In this document: positions 1-10,656 of the stretch, piece by piece
How positions within the stretch are numbered: the first letter of the stretch is position 1
Layout: every line of letters begins with the position of its first letter
Assembly (NCBI GenBank): GCA_963677595.1
Contig: OY782041.1
Coordinates: 3,264,001-3,328,000, forward strand
Direction of reading: 5' to 3'
Length of the DNA stretch: 64,000 nucleotides
From: Spirochaetia bacterium
Lineage (GTDB): Bacteria; Spirochaetota; Spirochaetia; CAKZLE01
Translations under genes and position numbers: made by a program
The notes under the pieces: generated by a model
What the model was told of the DNA's origin: nothing
Seen by the model: only the letters and a program-made list of their open reading frames with translations
Database searches by the model: none

Positions 1-2
1 TG

Positions 3-452
3 TTCTCCCTGATGAATAGTTTCGGGTTCACTGATACGTATCAGGGACTGATCATGCCCGCTGTAGGATGGCCATTCGGTGTATTCCTGGTAAAGCAGTT
101 TGCGCAGACCATTCCCTCTGAGCTGATGGATGCCGCAGAGATCGATGGGTGCGGGGAACTGACAACGTTCATCAGGGTCATTGCCCCGCTGATCATGCCA
201 GGTGTAGGAGCCCTCGCGATTTTCACGTTCATGAGTAGTTGGAATGACTATTTCTGGCAGCTGATCGTAATTCAATCCAACCAGATGAAGACCCTTCCGC
301 TTGGGGTTGCTGGCCTGCAGGCTGAGTTCCTGACAGATTACGGCTTACAGATGGCCGGTTCTGTCGCCGCATCCATCCCAATGATTATAGTTTTTATTGC
401 CTTTCAAAGATACTTCAAGATGGGACTGACCATCGGAGCGGTGAAAGGATGA
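3..452 (+). CDS. Carbohydrate ABC transporter permease (CUT1, MalG-like), 5'-truncated by window edge
   Basis: EAA loop ELMDAAEIDGC, WNDYFW motif, C-terminal GAVKG; frame is open to the window start. Confidence 0.9.
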   Translation, partial: FSLMNSFGFTDTYQGLIMPAVGWPFGVFLVKQFAQTIPSELMDAAEIDGCGELTTFIRVIAPLIMPGVGALAIFTFMSSWNDYFWQLIVIQSNQMKTLPLGVAGLQAEFLTDYGLQMAGSVAASIPMIIVFIAFQRYFKMGLTIGAVKG

Positions 453-464
453 CAAGGAGTACGT

Positions 465-1379
465 GTGAAAAAGAAGCATGAGATGAGATCAGGGAAGAAG
501 AAGATTGGGCAAGCCAAGGAGAACCTGATCGGGTACCTGTTCATTCTGCCCAATCTGACAGGGTTCCTCACATTTACCGTTTTTGCCGTAGTGTTCTCAT
601 TCTATATGAGCTTCACTGATTGGAGCCTGATCAAGAGATTCGAGAATATCTCATGGGTTGGCTTGGATAATTATCTTGACCTCTTCGTGGATAAATGGTT
701 CCATGCGTCGGTCATGAACAACCTCTGGTTCCTCCTGGTCATCCCAGTCATGATATTCCTGGCTATGGTCTTTGCGTTCCTGGTGAATGACAAGATCTTC
801 TGCAAGAATGCTTTCAGAACCATCCTGTACCTCCCGAATATCACCAGTGTGGTAGCCATTTCTGTGATCTGGTTCACGCTGTTCAACCCACGGACCGGTC
901 CGATAAATGAGTTCCTACGCTCTTTGGGAGTCGAGAATCCCCCTCAATGGCTGATCAGCACCGTTTGGGCTAAACCGACCATCGGGCTCCTGATGATCTG
1001 GAAAACAGTAGGGTACTACACCATTCTCTATCTGGCAGCGCTGCAGGGGATCTCAGGAAGACTCTATGAAGCTGCGACAGTTGATGGGGCGACAATGGTA
1101 CAGCAGTTCTTCAAGATCACCATCCCCCTGCTGTCTCCAACCACATTTATGCTGACCGTGCTCTCCGTCATGAATATTTTCAAGGACTGGTCTCTCATTC
1201 AGATCATGACTGAAGGAGGGCCTGGTACCTCTACCTATACGATCGGGTATTACATCTATTATGCAGCTTTCAAGAAGATGCGGATGGGGTATGCTGCAAG
1301 CCTCGCATGGGTACTGCTGGCCATTATCATGGTTTTCACCGTGATCAGGTTCCGGGTTGAGAAGAAAAGGGAGTTTTAG
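465..1379 (+). CDS. Carbohydrate ABC transporter permease (CUT1, MalF-like)
   Basis: WVGLDNY, LYEAATVDGA EAA loop, GGPG, MGYAAS motifs; GTG start after AGGAG. Confidence 0.92.
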   Translation: MKKKHEMRSGKKKIGQAKENLIGYLFILPNLTGFLTFTVFAVVFSFYMSFTDWSLIKRFENISWVGLDNYLDLFVDKWFHASVMNNLWFLLVIPVMIFLAMVFAFLVNDKIFCKNAFRTILYLPNITSVVAISVIWFTLFNPRTGPINEFLRSLGVENPPQWLISTVWAKPTIGLLMIWKTVGYYTILYLAALQGISGRLYEAATVDGATMVQQFFKITIPLLSPTTFMLTVLSVMNIFKDWSLIQIMTEGGPGTSTYTIGYYIYYAAFKKMRMGYAASLAWVLLAIIMVFTVIRFRVEKKREF

Positions 1380-1383
1380 GGAG

Positions 1384-2250
1384 ATGGACATACTGCAACA
1401 ACAAGATATATCCGGTTACGGTCGGAAGAGACTCATTCGGAAGATTTTCATGACACTGATTATGGCAGCTTTCTCCCTCACGATGATCCTTCCCTTTCTC
1501 TGGATGATCTCAAGCTCTTTCAAGGATTCAATCTCCATGTTCAGCTACCCAATAAAGTGGATACCCGAGAAATGGAACTTCTCCGGTTACCGGGAAGTAT
1601 GGACGGGAGATGTGAACTTCATCCAGTTTTTCCTGAACTCGGTGAAGATAACCTTCCTCGCGGTGCTTGGGACTGTCTTCTCGTGCACCATGGGCGGGTA
1701 TGCTTATGCGAAGATCAACTTCCGCGGACGGGACACGCTATTCCTGGTAAAGCTGTCGACCATGATGATCCCTGCACAGATCACGATGCTGCCAACCTTC
1801 ATGATCTTCAAGTGGCTTGGGCTGCTCAATACTCATGCAGCACTCTGGCTGCCGTTCTTTCTCGGACAACCCTTTGGTACCTTCCTGATGAGACAGTATT
1901 TCCAGAAGGTCCCCCAGGAACTGATTGACTCGGCGAAGATTGATGGTGCCGGCCATTTCAGAGTCTTCTTCACCATAGCCCTGCCGCTGGTCCGGGCGGG
2001 GCTCTCGGTGCTGGTGTTCCTATATTTCGTTTGGGCTTGGAATTACTATGAGGGACCGCTTCTCTACATTCGCAGCACCGAGCTCTATACATTACCGCTA
2101 GCGCTGAAATTCTTCTCTGATGAGTTCAGCACAAACTATACAGCAGTGCTTGCTGCGAGTGTCTCGATGACAGTACCTGTCCTGGCGCTATTCATCGGGC
2201 TGCAGAGATTCTTTATTGAGGACATTACTTCAACAGGTTTGAAGGGATGA
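1384..2250 (+). CDS. Carbohydrate ABC transporter permease (CUT1, MalG-like)
   Basis: PFLWMISSSFK, ELIDSAKIDGA, WNYYEGPL, ends GLKG; ATG 1384 chosen as start. Confidence 0.92.
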   Translation: MDILQQQDISGYGRKRLIRKIFMTLIMAAFSLTMILPFLWMISSSFKDSISMFSYPIKWIPEKWNFSGYREVWTGDVNFIQFFLNSVKITFLAVLGTVFSCTMGGYAYAKINFRGRDTLFLVKLSTMMIPAQITMLPTFMIFKWLGLLNTHAALWLPFFLGQPFGTFLMRQYFQKVPQELIDSAKIDGAGHFRVFFTIALPLVRAGLSVLVFLYFVWAWNYYEGPLLYIRSTELYTLPLALKFFSDEFSTNYTAVLAASVSMTVPVLALFIGLQRFFIEDITSTGLKG

Positions 2251-2275
2251 AATATAGTAATAAACGGAGGAAAAC

Positions 2276-3661
2276 ATGAGGAAAGGTGTAGTATGGGTTC
2301 TTTGCATGATGTTGATCATCAGCAGTGCGTTCAGTGTGTATGCCCAGGGTTCACGTGAGACAGCGGAACCGGAGGGACCTGAGAAGGTCGTTTGGGGTGC
2401 GTATGGGTATCTGGCGCAGGACAAAGCGGACAGGATCGCGGAGGCTTTCGAGGCAGTATATCCGGAGTATGAACTCGAGTATGTTGATCTGGGGAGTACC
2501 GACTACCTGGTCAGGCTTGATACGATGGTAGCATCAGGTGAACGGCTGGACATGGCTCTTACTATGGATTCTGTCGCCTATACGAATCGCGCAAAGGAAG
2601 GAATGTTCCTGCCGATTGAAGCATATCTTACAGAAGATGGTTTTGATCTGTATGATGCCTTTGGTGACGGTATCGCTGCATCATACATTGATGATGAGAT
2701 CTATGGGCTTCCCTATACGAAGGGCGGGTTCTATGTATTCTATAACAAGGATATGTTCGATGCTGCAGGACTCGCTTATCCGACTGATGACTGGACCTGG
2801 GAAGAGTTCGAGAGAACTGCGAAACAGCTGACAACAGGGGAGGGTGCCGATAAGGTCTATGGTGCGAATGTCCATCTGACCTGGGGCTATGGGATTGAGA
2901 CTCTCCCAGCCCAGATGGCTGGCTGGACCCCGTTCAAGGATGGGAATAAGGATGCTGCGAATCTGGATGACCCGAGACTGGAAGCATCATTAGCTATGTG
3001 GAACCGGATGCAGAATGTGGATGAGAGTGCGATCAGCCTCTCTACGTTCAAGGCTGAACAGATTGGCTCGAGGATGCCCTTCGCCCGTGGTGAGGCTGCA
3101 ATGCTCCTGAGTAACTGGTGGTCGGCAAGCTGGTTCATCAGTGCGAAATACGGTTCAGCTGAAGGTGACGCTATCCTGAATTTCGATATGGGGATTGCGA
3201 ATATCCCGCGACCGGATGTATCTGTACCGAACAACTTAAATGCAACTGACATGGACTATTATTATGCAGTACCGGTAACGGCTGAGAACCCGAGAGGAGG
3301 GGCTCTGCTTGCACGCTTTATCATCACTGATATGTGGCCGAAGATGGGGATCCTCTCATCCTACCGATATGAGGACCTTGCAGAGTTCAAGGAATCCTTT
3401 ACGGCTTATACTGACACTGATGGCAATAAGCATGTCATGGACTACTCTGACGAGATCGTGACCAAGATCATGGGTAACTGGACCCAGCCGATCTCTGCGT
3501 ACTACAAGCATGGTACCGGCCTGAACCCGGAGGGATTGTCTGTTATGATGGACATCTATGACCAGGAGAGAGAGCTCTACTATCTTGGGGAGCAGGGACT
3601 TGATGAAACACTGTCAAGGATGCAGCAGCGAGCCCAGGAAGAGTTGGATATGTTAAAGTAG
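2276..3661 (+). CDS. Extracellular sugar-binding protein of CUT1 ABC transporter
   Basis: Signal peptide ending YAQGSRE, IYGLPY, FYNKDMFDAAGLAYPTDDWTWEEF signature; GGAGG RBS. Confidence 0.92.
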   Translation: MRKGVVWVLCMMLIISSAFSVYAQGSRETAEPEGPEKVVWGAYGYLAQDKADRIAEAFEAVYPEYELEYVDLGSTDYLVRLDTMVASGERLDMALTMDSVAYTNRAKEGMFLPIEAYLTEDGFDLYDAFGDGIAASYIDDEIYGLPYTKGGFYVFYNKDMFDAAGLAYPTDDWTWEEFERTAKQLTTGEGADKVYGANVHLTWGYGIETLPAQMAGWTPFKDGNKDAANLDDPRLEASLAMWNRMQNVDESAISLSTFKAEQIGSRMPFARGEAAMLLSNWWSASWFISAKYGSAEGDAILNFDMGIANIPRPDVSVPNNLNATDMDYYYAVPVTAENPRGGALLARFIITDMWPKMGILSSYRYEDLAEFKESFTAYTDTDGNKHVMDYSDEIVTKIMGNWTQPISAYYKHGTGLNPEGLSVMMDIYDQERELYYLGEQGLDETLSRMQQRAQEELDMLK

Positions 3662-3671
3662 CAATATAACT

Positions 3672-3699
3672 TACCGGCATATCGAAAGATATGCCGGTA
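3672..3699 (+). terminator. Intergenic hairpin after the SBP gene (mRNA-stabilising or partial terminator)
   Basis: TACCGGCATATC-GAAA-GATATGCCGGTA, a 12-bp perfect stem with a GNRA loop and no clean U-tract. Confidence 0.7.
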
Positions 3700-3724
3700 G
3701 CTACTTGGTTTATGAGGATAGCAG

Positions 3725-4822
3725 ATGAATAGTATTGAACATAGTATGCCGATCAAGAATGACATGTATAATGCTTTTCCCAGTATTGTACGGGCAAAGA
3801 ACGGTAATCTGGTCATGGTTTTTCGGCAAGCTGATAACAGTTTGAAGAAATACGGTGCAGTCTCGCATGTGGATCCTTCCTCATGTGTGGCTCTCTGCAC
3901 ATCAAGCGATGAGGGGGCGACATGGAGTGAAGTCAGGATCATCCATGATGATGAATACGGGTCCCAGGACCCATGTATTACCTGCCTGAATGATGGTACA
4001 TTGCTTTGTACGTTCTTCCAGTGGAACGTGGTTCCTATAGAAGAGAAGGCTGTACTGGGAGAGGCTTTTGAACATTATGGCCGGACGGTCTTCGACCGGT
4101 GGGCGGCTGTCCATATCGGTACTGTCTGTATTCGTTCCACTGATCATGGAGAGACCTGGGATGGTCCGTACCCCATGACGCCGACAGGCTTTGAAGGGCC
4201 AGCAGCACTTAGAGGGAATGTGGTCGAGCTCGCTTCCGGGACGTTGCTTTCTCCTCTCTATGCGGCAAAGCATTTCGGCGATACGGCCACCTGCCTGATA
4301 CTCGCCTCAGAGGATGGCGGGTACAGCTGGGAGTCAAGAGGGGAGATCCCCGCGGATCCCTCGCTGCACTTCCTGGAACCATTTCTCTATCAGGCCCCAT
4401 TGGGACGCCTTGATATCCTCATGAGGACCCAGAAGGATTTCAGGAAGATGGACTTTAATGCAACCTATCTGCCCCTGTACAGGGCTTTCTCTACTGATGG
4501 TGGAACGACCTGGAGTACACCAGTATCAACGAACCTGTTCTGCCCCAACCCTGTACACGTACTCTCGCTTGACAGTGATCGGGTGCTGCTGACCTATGGG
4601 CAGCGGAAGAAGCCGATCGGTATCGAGGCTGTCATCACGGATGCAGAGACGCTGGATCTGGAACATCCCACTATTGAAGTGGTACGCCCTGCAGATTCCG
4701 GAGATCTTGGTTATACCAGTGCCGTCAGGCTGAAAGATGGTTCTGTCCTGGTCGTCTACTATATGACTGATGAAGAGGATGCGGCCTGTATTGGCGCAAC
4801 GAAGATAGGAGTGGCTCGATGA
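3725..4822 (+). CDS. Sialidase-fold (BNR/Asp-box beta-propeller) protein, cytoplasmic
   Basis: Four Asp boxes (SSDEGATWS, STDHGETWD, SEDGGYSWE, STDGGTTWS), N-terminal AFP, C-terminal DLGY; no signal peptide. Confidence 0.85.
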   Translation: MNSIEHSMPIKNDMYNAFPSIVRAKNGNLVMVFRQADNSLKKYGAVSHVDPSSCVALCTSSDEGATWSEVRIIHDDEYGSQDPCITCLNDGTLLCTFFQWNVVPIEEKAVLGEAFEHYGRTVFDRWAAVHIGTVCIRSTDHGETWDGPYPMTPTGFEGPAALRGNVVELASGTLLSPLYAAKHFGDTATCLILASEDGGYSWESRGEIPADPSLHFLEPFLYQAPLGRLDILMRTQKDFRKMDFNATYLPLYRAFSTDGGTTWSTPVSTNLFCPNPVHVLSLDSDRVLLTYGQRKKPIGIEAVITDAETLDLEHPTIEVVRPADSGDLGYTSAVRLKDGSVLVVYYMTDEEDAACIGATKIGVAR

Positions 4823-5724
4823 ATGCAGCTAAATTGTTCAAGGGAATCTACCCCGCCATCGTCTCACCGATAGGGAGGGACGGGGAAGTCCTCGAGACGG
4901 AGCTCAGGGAGCTGGTACAGTACTTTTGCAGTACTGATATAACAGGATTGTATGTCTGTGGTGGTACTGGGGAGGGGATCCTTCTCTCAGTGGCACGCAG
5001 GAAAAGGATCACCGAGATCATCGTGGATGAGGCTGGGAAGCATAGGAAAGATACCCCTCTTCAGATCATCGTACATGTCGGGGCAGCAGAAGCTGAGAAC
5101 ACACAGGAGTTGGCGGAACATGCATCTCAGACAGGTGCTGATGCGCTCTCGGCTATTCCACCGATCTATTATTCCTACAGTACATCCAAGATATGTGAGT
5201 ATTATCGCTGGCTGGCAGGTACGACTGATCTGCCCCTTATCGTCTACGCATCAGCGCAGTCAGGATTCCATGTCACAACAGATATCCTGCGGGAACTTGC
5301 CGCAATACCCAGTATAAAAGGGATCAAGTTCACGGGATACAATTTTTACGAGATGCTCAAGTTCTCCGAAGCGACTCCCGATGATTTCTCCATTCTCAAT
5401 GGGGGTGATGAAGTCATGATTTTCGGCCTGCTGGCCGGGGCAGATGGTGGGATCGGGGCAACTTATAACGTGATGCCTGAACGGTTCTGCAGGCTGTATG
5501 CGTATTGGCTGAACGGTGATATCCAAGCGGCAAGGGCAGAACAACGAACGATCAATACCGTGATCGACCATATCGTGTCGTATCCGGTCATTGGTGCGGT
5601 GAAGTTCATGCTCAAATTGAAGGGTTTCCCTGTCGGTGGGCCAGTGTTCCCGAATGATGATCTCTCGGATGCCCAGAAAGCAGCTTTTATACTGAGCCTG
5701 AAACAGACTGTCTGGATGAGGTAG
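4819..5724 (+). CDS. DHDPS/N-acetylneuraminate lyase family class I aldolase
   Basis: YVCGGTGEG, HVGA, PPIYY, Schiff-base Lys in GIKFT, GGDE and GGIGATYN; NanA-like. Confidence 0.88.
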   Translation: MNAAKLFKGIYPAIVSPIGRDGEVLETELRELVQYFCSTDITGLYVCGGTGEGILLSVARRKRITEIIVDEAGKHRKDTPLQIIVHVGAAEAENTQELAEHASQTGADALSAIPPIYYSYSTSKICEYYRWLAGTTDLPLIVYASAQSGFHVTTDILRELAAIPSIKGIKFTGYNFYEMLKFSEATPDDFSILNGGDEVMIFGLLAGADGGIGATYNVMPERFCRLYAYWLNGDIQAARAEQRTINTVIDHIVSYPVIGAVKFMLKLKGFPVGGPVFPNDDLSDAQKAAFILSLKQTVWMR

Positions 5725-5728
5725 CCCA

Positions 5729-7447
5729 ATGATCGATACACAAGGGACTGCCGGGAATGGGGTGGTCACGGTCCTGATTCATGAACAGGATGAGAGTTCC
5801 CAACAGGTCCTGGATGAGGCAGTATTCAGTGCGCTGCAGCACTTCGGAATTCCCTATACTACCGAGTTCGTCGATACCCAGTGGAGTGACAGCGTAAAGG
5901 CTGAAGAAGTCCTTGATTCAGCCGCACTGCTTTTCCCTCAGTCCGGTACGATGGAGCTCTTTTCCTCAACCTACCAGCAGAGGATAGAACAGGCTGTCTC
6001 GGCAGGTCTCGGGATTATAGCCTATGAACCAAAGGGAACACATATTCCTGCCTGGTTGAGAAAGCTTATGGGGTTGTGCGTGCTGGAGGGATCTGGAACC
6101 TGCAGCCAGCTTGTGACAGCTGGTACCGGCTGCTATATCACAAGGCGGCGTACGGCAGGCGAAACTCAGTGTTCCGATACGGTATGTACGTATGCCAGGA
6201 TCCGGAAGGAATCCGGCGATATACCGGTCCTCCAGAATGAGCATCAGGATGGTATGCTCTTTACCGGGTACCATGGCGAGGGGACCCTGGTACTCTTCCC
6301 GTTCTCCATTGAGTTCTATACCATGCCCTATCTCGGCCATGCCTGCGGGGCGGATGACATATTCAGGTCCGCTATTATCTATGCCGCCAGGAAACCCTTT
6401 CTCACCTGGAGCATGCCGGAGACTGCAGGGATGGTCATCGATGACTGTTCAGGATCCTACAACCACTTTGGGTATGTTGACAGTTTGAACCGATATGGGT
6501 GGGCACCGTACCTTGCGTTGTTTACCGACACGATCGATGAAGTCGCCCATGCTGATATCCATAAGGGTGCCCGTACGTTGAAACGGCACCATGAGGAGAA
6601 GACCGCTGAGATAGGATTCCATGCATTACGGTATAACACGTCATTCTGCTTCGACCATCTTGAGCGGAGACCGCTGACTGACCAGGAGCTCCGGGACCGC
6701 TTTGCCAGATGGGATTACTATGAGAAGCAATGGGGAATTACCCACAGCCCTTGGGCCCACCCGCATTTTGGGGAGATTGGCGCGAACGCGCTGCCGTTCT
6801 ATCGGGAGCGTGGGATTGAGTACCTCACATATCTCCTTCCCTTTGATGCCGCATGGTTCGATGTCCCGGGACGGTACGCTCCGCTGCCCCCCATGGCTCC
6901 CTTCGGCCATCCCGGCTACTACTTCATTGAACTGCAGGAATCTCCGGGTATGATAGGCTGCAACTGCGTTCTTGATAGGAAGTGCAGGGATACTACAGAC
7001 TATGTAGTGCAGACCGATTTTCTTTGGGGGCATACTCCCTTCTGGGAAGAGTCTGGTTCTGTCAATATCGGGATGGCATCAAAAACATTGGCCGCTCAGG
7101 TGAGACGGGGGATAGATTCTGGTTTCTATGGTGAAGGGGCAACGCACGAACAGCGTATTGCCTGTTTGCGTGACGGGGAGCTGCGGGAGATCCTGGAGGA
7201 GACGAAGAACCTCCTTTCCTCATATACTATCAGGTTTGCCTCTATGAGCAGCATGCTGAAGGATATGCACAAGCATATGAACGGGGCTCTTTCCTCAGTT
7301 GAGGTCAACAGGGCTGCTGGTACCGTCGAATACCTGTTTGACAGTGATCAGATTGCAGGAACAGAAATCCAGCTCCATATGGATGGAGGAGTTGAGCAAC
7401 GGTACTCGACAGATGGCAAGAAGGGGATTCTCTATTATATGCATTAG
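5729..7447 (+). CDS. Hypothetical protein with possible C-terminal NodB/polysaccharide-deacetylase-like barrel
   Basis: 572 aa inside the operon; VIDD, EIGFH, HPH, THEQ motifs suggest a metal-dependent deacetylase fold (inference). Confidence 0.55.
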   Translation: MIDTQGTAGNGVVTVLIHEQDESSQQVLDEAVFSALQHFGIPYTTEFVDTQWSDSVKAEEVLDSAALLFPQSGTMELFSSTYQQRIEQAVSAGLGIIAYEPKGTHIPAWLRKLMGLCVLEGSGTCSQLVTAGTGCYITRRRTAGETQCSDTVCTYARIRKESGDIPVLQNEHQDGMLFTGYHGEGTLVLFPFSIEFYTMPYLGHACGADDIFRSAIIYAARKPFLTWSMPETAGMVIDDCSGSYNHFGYVDSLNRYGWAPYLALFTDTIDEVAHADIHKGARTLKRHHEEKTAEIGFHALRYNTSFCFDHLERRPLTDQELRDRFARWDYYEKQWGITHSPWAHPHFGEIGANALPFYRERGIEYLTYLLPFDAAWFDVPGRYAPLPPMAPFGHPGYYFIELQESPGMIGCNCVLDRKCRDTTDYVVQTDFLWGHTPFWEESGSVNIGMASKTLAAQVRRGIDSGFYGEGATHEQRIACLRDGELREILEETKNLLSSYTIRFASMSSMLKDMHKHMNGALSSVEVNRAAGTVEYLFDSDQIAGTEIQLHMDGGVEQRYSTDGKKGILYYMH

Positions 7448-7496
7448 AACTGTTTTTATGTATACTGGTCGAAATGTGCCAAGGAGATGAGCGTAT

Positions 7497-8534
7497 ATGG
7501 CTGGAAACACATCCTCAACTGTTGTTCCCATCAAAGAGATGACGGTGATCGAAGAGATCAAGCAGGTGTTCCATGAGACGACAGGCCTGGCACTTTCTTT
7601 CCATTACCCTGAAGAGAATGATTATGACTTTTATCCGGCAGGAGATCGGAACTCCTATTGTGAACTCATCCAATCCACCCCTGAAGGGTTGAAACGATGC
7701 CTGCAGAGTGATTGCGAAGCACTGAAAAAAGCACAAGCTGAAAATGAGTACTGCATCTATACATGCCATGCAGGCTTGATGAATGCCGTCATCCCCCTTA
7801 TATACAAATCTCACTATATCGGCTCGATATTCACCGGGCAGGTATTCACGACCCGGTTGGATGAACCAGGCTGTTCGGATATCTGCAGGGATTTGTGTGA
7901 ACTCGGGTTGGATGAGGCTGTCATACGCAAGGAGATGCATGAGGTCCAGATCGTTGAGGAGTGCGCCTTCCATGTAGGGATCAGGCTGCTGAACTTCATG
8001 GCGAACCATATTATCTCCGTTGAGGATGAACTGTATCTTCAGAAGGAACTCCATCAGAAGGAGCGGGAGATCCTGAAACATGAGAACATTCAGATGAACC
8101 TCAAGAACGATCTTCAGAAACTCAGTATCCTCATCCTAAAGGATGAAGTCGATTATAAGTCAAATATCCAGGATGCGGATTCTCAGAGCGAACAGCAGCA
8201 GGCGATCATAAAGAGAGCCCATGAATTCATAGAAGAGAACTTCAGCAAACCCTTAGCCTTGTCTGACGTCGCAGAGGCTGTCTACCTCTCCCCGAACTAT
8301 TTCAGTACGCTCTTCAAGGAGATAACCGGTGATACCTTCAGCACATTCCTCAATACAGTAAGGATACAGGAAGGGAAGAAGCTGCTTAGGGAGACGTCAT
8401 TGCCGATCAAGCAGATTGTGGAGCAGGTCGGCTTCGAGGATTATAACTATTTCAACAGGGTTTTCAAGAAGATCATTGGGATCCCTCCCGCTACCTATCG
8501 TGACGTCTTTGGTACGGACTCTTCTCGGAAGTGA
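7497..8534 (+). CDS. PocR-sensor AraC family transcriptional regulator
   Basis: PocR motifs YC..C..SD, YTCHAGL, GQV; C-terminal AraC HTH (LSPNYFS, VGFEDYNYFNRVFKK). Confidence 0.92.
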   Translation: MAGNTSSTVVPIKEMTVIEEIKQVFHETTGLALSFHYPEENDYDFYPAGDRNSYCELIQSTPEGLKRCLQSDCEALKKAQAENEYCIYTCHAGLMNAVIPLIYKSHYIGSIFTGQVFTTRLDEPGCSDICRDLCELGLDEAVIRKEMHEVQIVEECAFHVGIRLLNFMANHIISVEDELYLQKELHQKEREILKHENIQMNLKNDLQKLSILILKDEVDYKSNIQDADSQSEQQQAIIKRAHEFIEENFSKPLALSDVAEAVYLSPNYFSTLFKEITGDTFSTFLNTVRIQEGKKLLRETSLPIKQIVEQVGFEDYNYFNRVFKKIIGIPPATYRDVFGTDSSRK

Positions 8535-8641
8535 ACGTCACCATAGTACCCATCGTATATATTTATAGATAAAGCTGAGAATATTGTAGAGCCTTTCAGA
8601 TCTGACTGCATTACTGTTTAGTAGATGTAAGGAGGAAGACT

Positions 8642-9727
8642 ATGCCTGTCAGATATGGAATAGTAGGGTTCGGCGGTATCGCTGAGAATCGAATAGCCCG
8701 GGAGGGGTTTGGCCTTGATACGGCCCGATTCAGCGGTACAACTGATGCACGGCTCATTGCTGCATGCGATTTGGTTGCCTCGCGGAGACAGTCTGCGTTG
8801 GATCTTGGGCTCAAGTGGGAAGATTCTTATGAGAAGCTTCTGGAGTATGAAGACATAGATGCAGTGATCATTGCCACGAACAACAGGTCACATGCCCCGT
8901 TGGCACGAAAGGCTTTGCTTGCTGGGAAACATGTATTTCTGGAAAAACCTGCAGGAATATCGCTGGAAGAGGTCCAGGAACTGATAGAACTCGCTGAAAA
9001 GAGAGGACTCAGTATCGGGGTCGACCACATGATGACAAAGAATCAATACAACATAGCTGCCCGGGACTTGATCCGGCAGGATGGTATCGGGGAAGTCCAG
9101 ACGATTGTACTCCATATGGAATTCCCATATGGGTTTACTCCTGAAGAGGCTGCCACCTGGAGATGTTCCGTACCTGAGGAGTTAGGCGGCCCCATCGGTG
9201 ATGTAGGGAGCCATTGTCTTTACATGGCCGAGTTCCTGCTTGATGACGAGATAGAGTCAGTGCAGTGTGTGGTGACCCCTAAGCATCGCAGAACAGCAGT
9301 GGAAGATGGTGCCGTGATCCATGCCCTGACCAAAAAGGGCACCCCCTGTACCATGAGAGTCGCTTTTGACCAGATGCGTGGTCCCGTAGAAGAGCTGATC
9401 GGGAACCTCGGGTATGAGGTATACGGAACGAAGGGGATGATCAGCACCAGAGGGACCATGTTCCAGTTGTCGGGCCATGATGATGAGCCTGCACCCATCC
9501 AGTTGTGGACTATCTGTCATGGGGAGGAGAGGACAGCCTGTCATGTGGGTTCGATACCGAACATCTATCAAGAACAGATCAAGGAACATGCCCAGTCCAT
9601 TCTCACCGGGAAGCGTTTGGATGGCCGGGAGGCTCTCCATAATCTGGAGCTGATCCTGCTGGCTTATGCTTCAGCGGAACATGGCGGGAATACGAAGAGT
9701 ATCAGCTATCATGGAGGGAATGCATGA
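8642..9727 (+). CDS. Gfo/Idh/MocA family oxidoreductase
   Basis: GIVGFGGIA Rossmann motif, [17 protein letters not shown]. Confidence 0.92.
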   Translation: MPVRYGIVGFGGIAENRIAREGFGLDTARFSGTTDARLIAACDLVASRRQSALDLGLKWEDSYEKLLEYEDIDAVIIATNNRSHAPLARKALLAGKHVFLEKPAGISLEEVQELIELAEKRGLSIGVDHMMTKNQYNIAARDLIRQDGIGEVQTIVLHMEFPYGFTPEEAATWRCSVPEELGGPIGDVGSHCLYMAEFLLDDEIESVQCVVTPKHRRTAVEDGAVIHALTKKGTPCTMRVAFDQMRGPVEELIGNLGYEVYGTKGMISTRGTMFQLSGHDDEPAPIQLWTICHGEERTACHVGSIPNIYQEQIKEHAQSILTGKRLDGREALHNLELILLAYASAEHGGNTKSISYHGGNA

Positions 9728-10656
9728 GTCGAGGACAGAGTACGATCACAGAGGGGTGGTGGGACTATACCACGCTGGACAGGGACCTGCTGAAAGCTGC
9801 TGCAAGGCTGACAGTGGAGGATATCAGCAGTATGTCGAGGCCGGGGTTCGAGATATCGATGTACCCTACACGGGAAGAGTTCTTTGTAGCTGAAGCTCTG
9901 GAGTATATCAATTGCTGGAAACTGTCGACAACACAGGCTCCGGTCGGGGTGTGCGGCCCGATTGGGCCGACTGAACAGCTGCCCCTGGTCGCCCGGCTGG
10001 TAAATGATCTTGAGATCGATCTGAAGGACTCTCACTTCTGGGGGATGGATGAATGGGTTGTTGACGGCAAGACGGTAGACAAGGATGACCCGCTGTCATT
10101 CGCAAAAGCAGATATGGATCTCTGCTTCAATCGCATAAAACCAGAGTTGCGGATGCCAAAAGAACATATGCATTTCCCATCCGTTGAGAACCTTGCAGCA
10201 TATACCCGATCCTTCAGTGATATCAGATGTGCTCTCGTCCAAGGAGGACAGGGGGAAGTGAAACACTGGGCCTTCAATGACCCGGTACGGAGAGCAGGTT
10301 CCTACGCAGATGCACCTCCCTCACAGGAAGAGTTTCTCAGGCTCTCCGCCCGTGTTGTGGACTTACATCCGCTTACGAAAATCCAGAATGCCCGGACATC
10401 CAGCGGCGGGATCGTCTCAGATATCCCGAACCAGGCTGTAACTGTCGGACCATATGAGACCTGGAAGGCAGAAACTGTATCGATCTGGCATCCTGGGTGG
10501 CATGACAACCCTTTTGGTATGCGGCTGACGACACTGATGATTTCCGAGAAGATCGTTGACACTTCGGTCCCCATGTCGCTGCTTGCCCTGCATCCAAATG
10601 TGCGTTTCAGTTTTATTAGAAGCGGGATTGGTTCCTGTTCGGTGGAGATGCATTGA
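9724..10656 (+). CDS. Glucosamine-6-phosphate isomerase/deaminase (NagB-fold)-like protein
   Basis: [46 protein letters not shown] match a divergent NagB fold. Confidence 0.75.
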   Translation: MSRGQSTITEGWWDYTTLDRDLLKAAARLTVEDISSMSRPGFEISMYPTREEFFVAEALEYINCWKLSTTQAPVGVCGPIGPTEQLPLVARLVNDLEIDLKDSHFWGMDEWVVDGKTVDKDDPLSFAKADMDLCFNRIKPELRMPKEHMHFPSVENLAAYTRSFSDIRCALVQGGQGEVKHWAFNDPVRRAGSYADAPPSQEEFLRLSARVVDLHPLTKIQNARTSSGGIVSDIPNQAVTVGPYETWKAETVSIWHPGWHDNPFGMRLTTLMISEKIVDTSVPMSLLALHPNVRFSFIRSGIGSCSVEMH

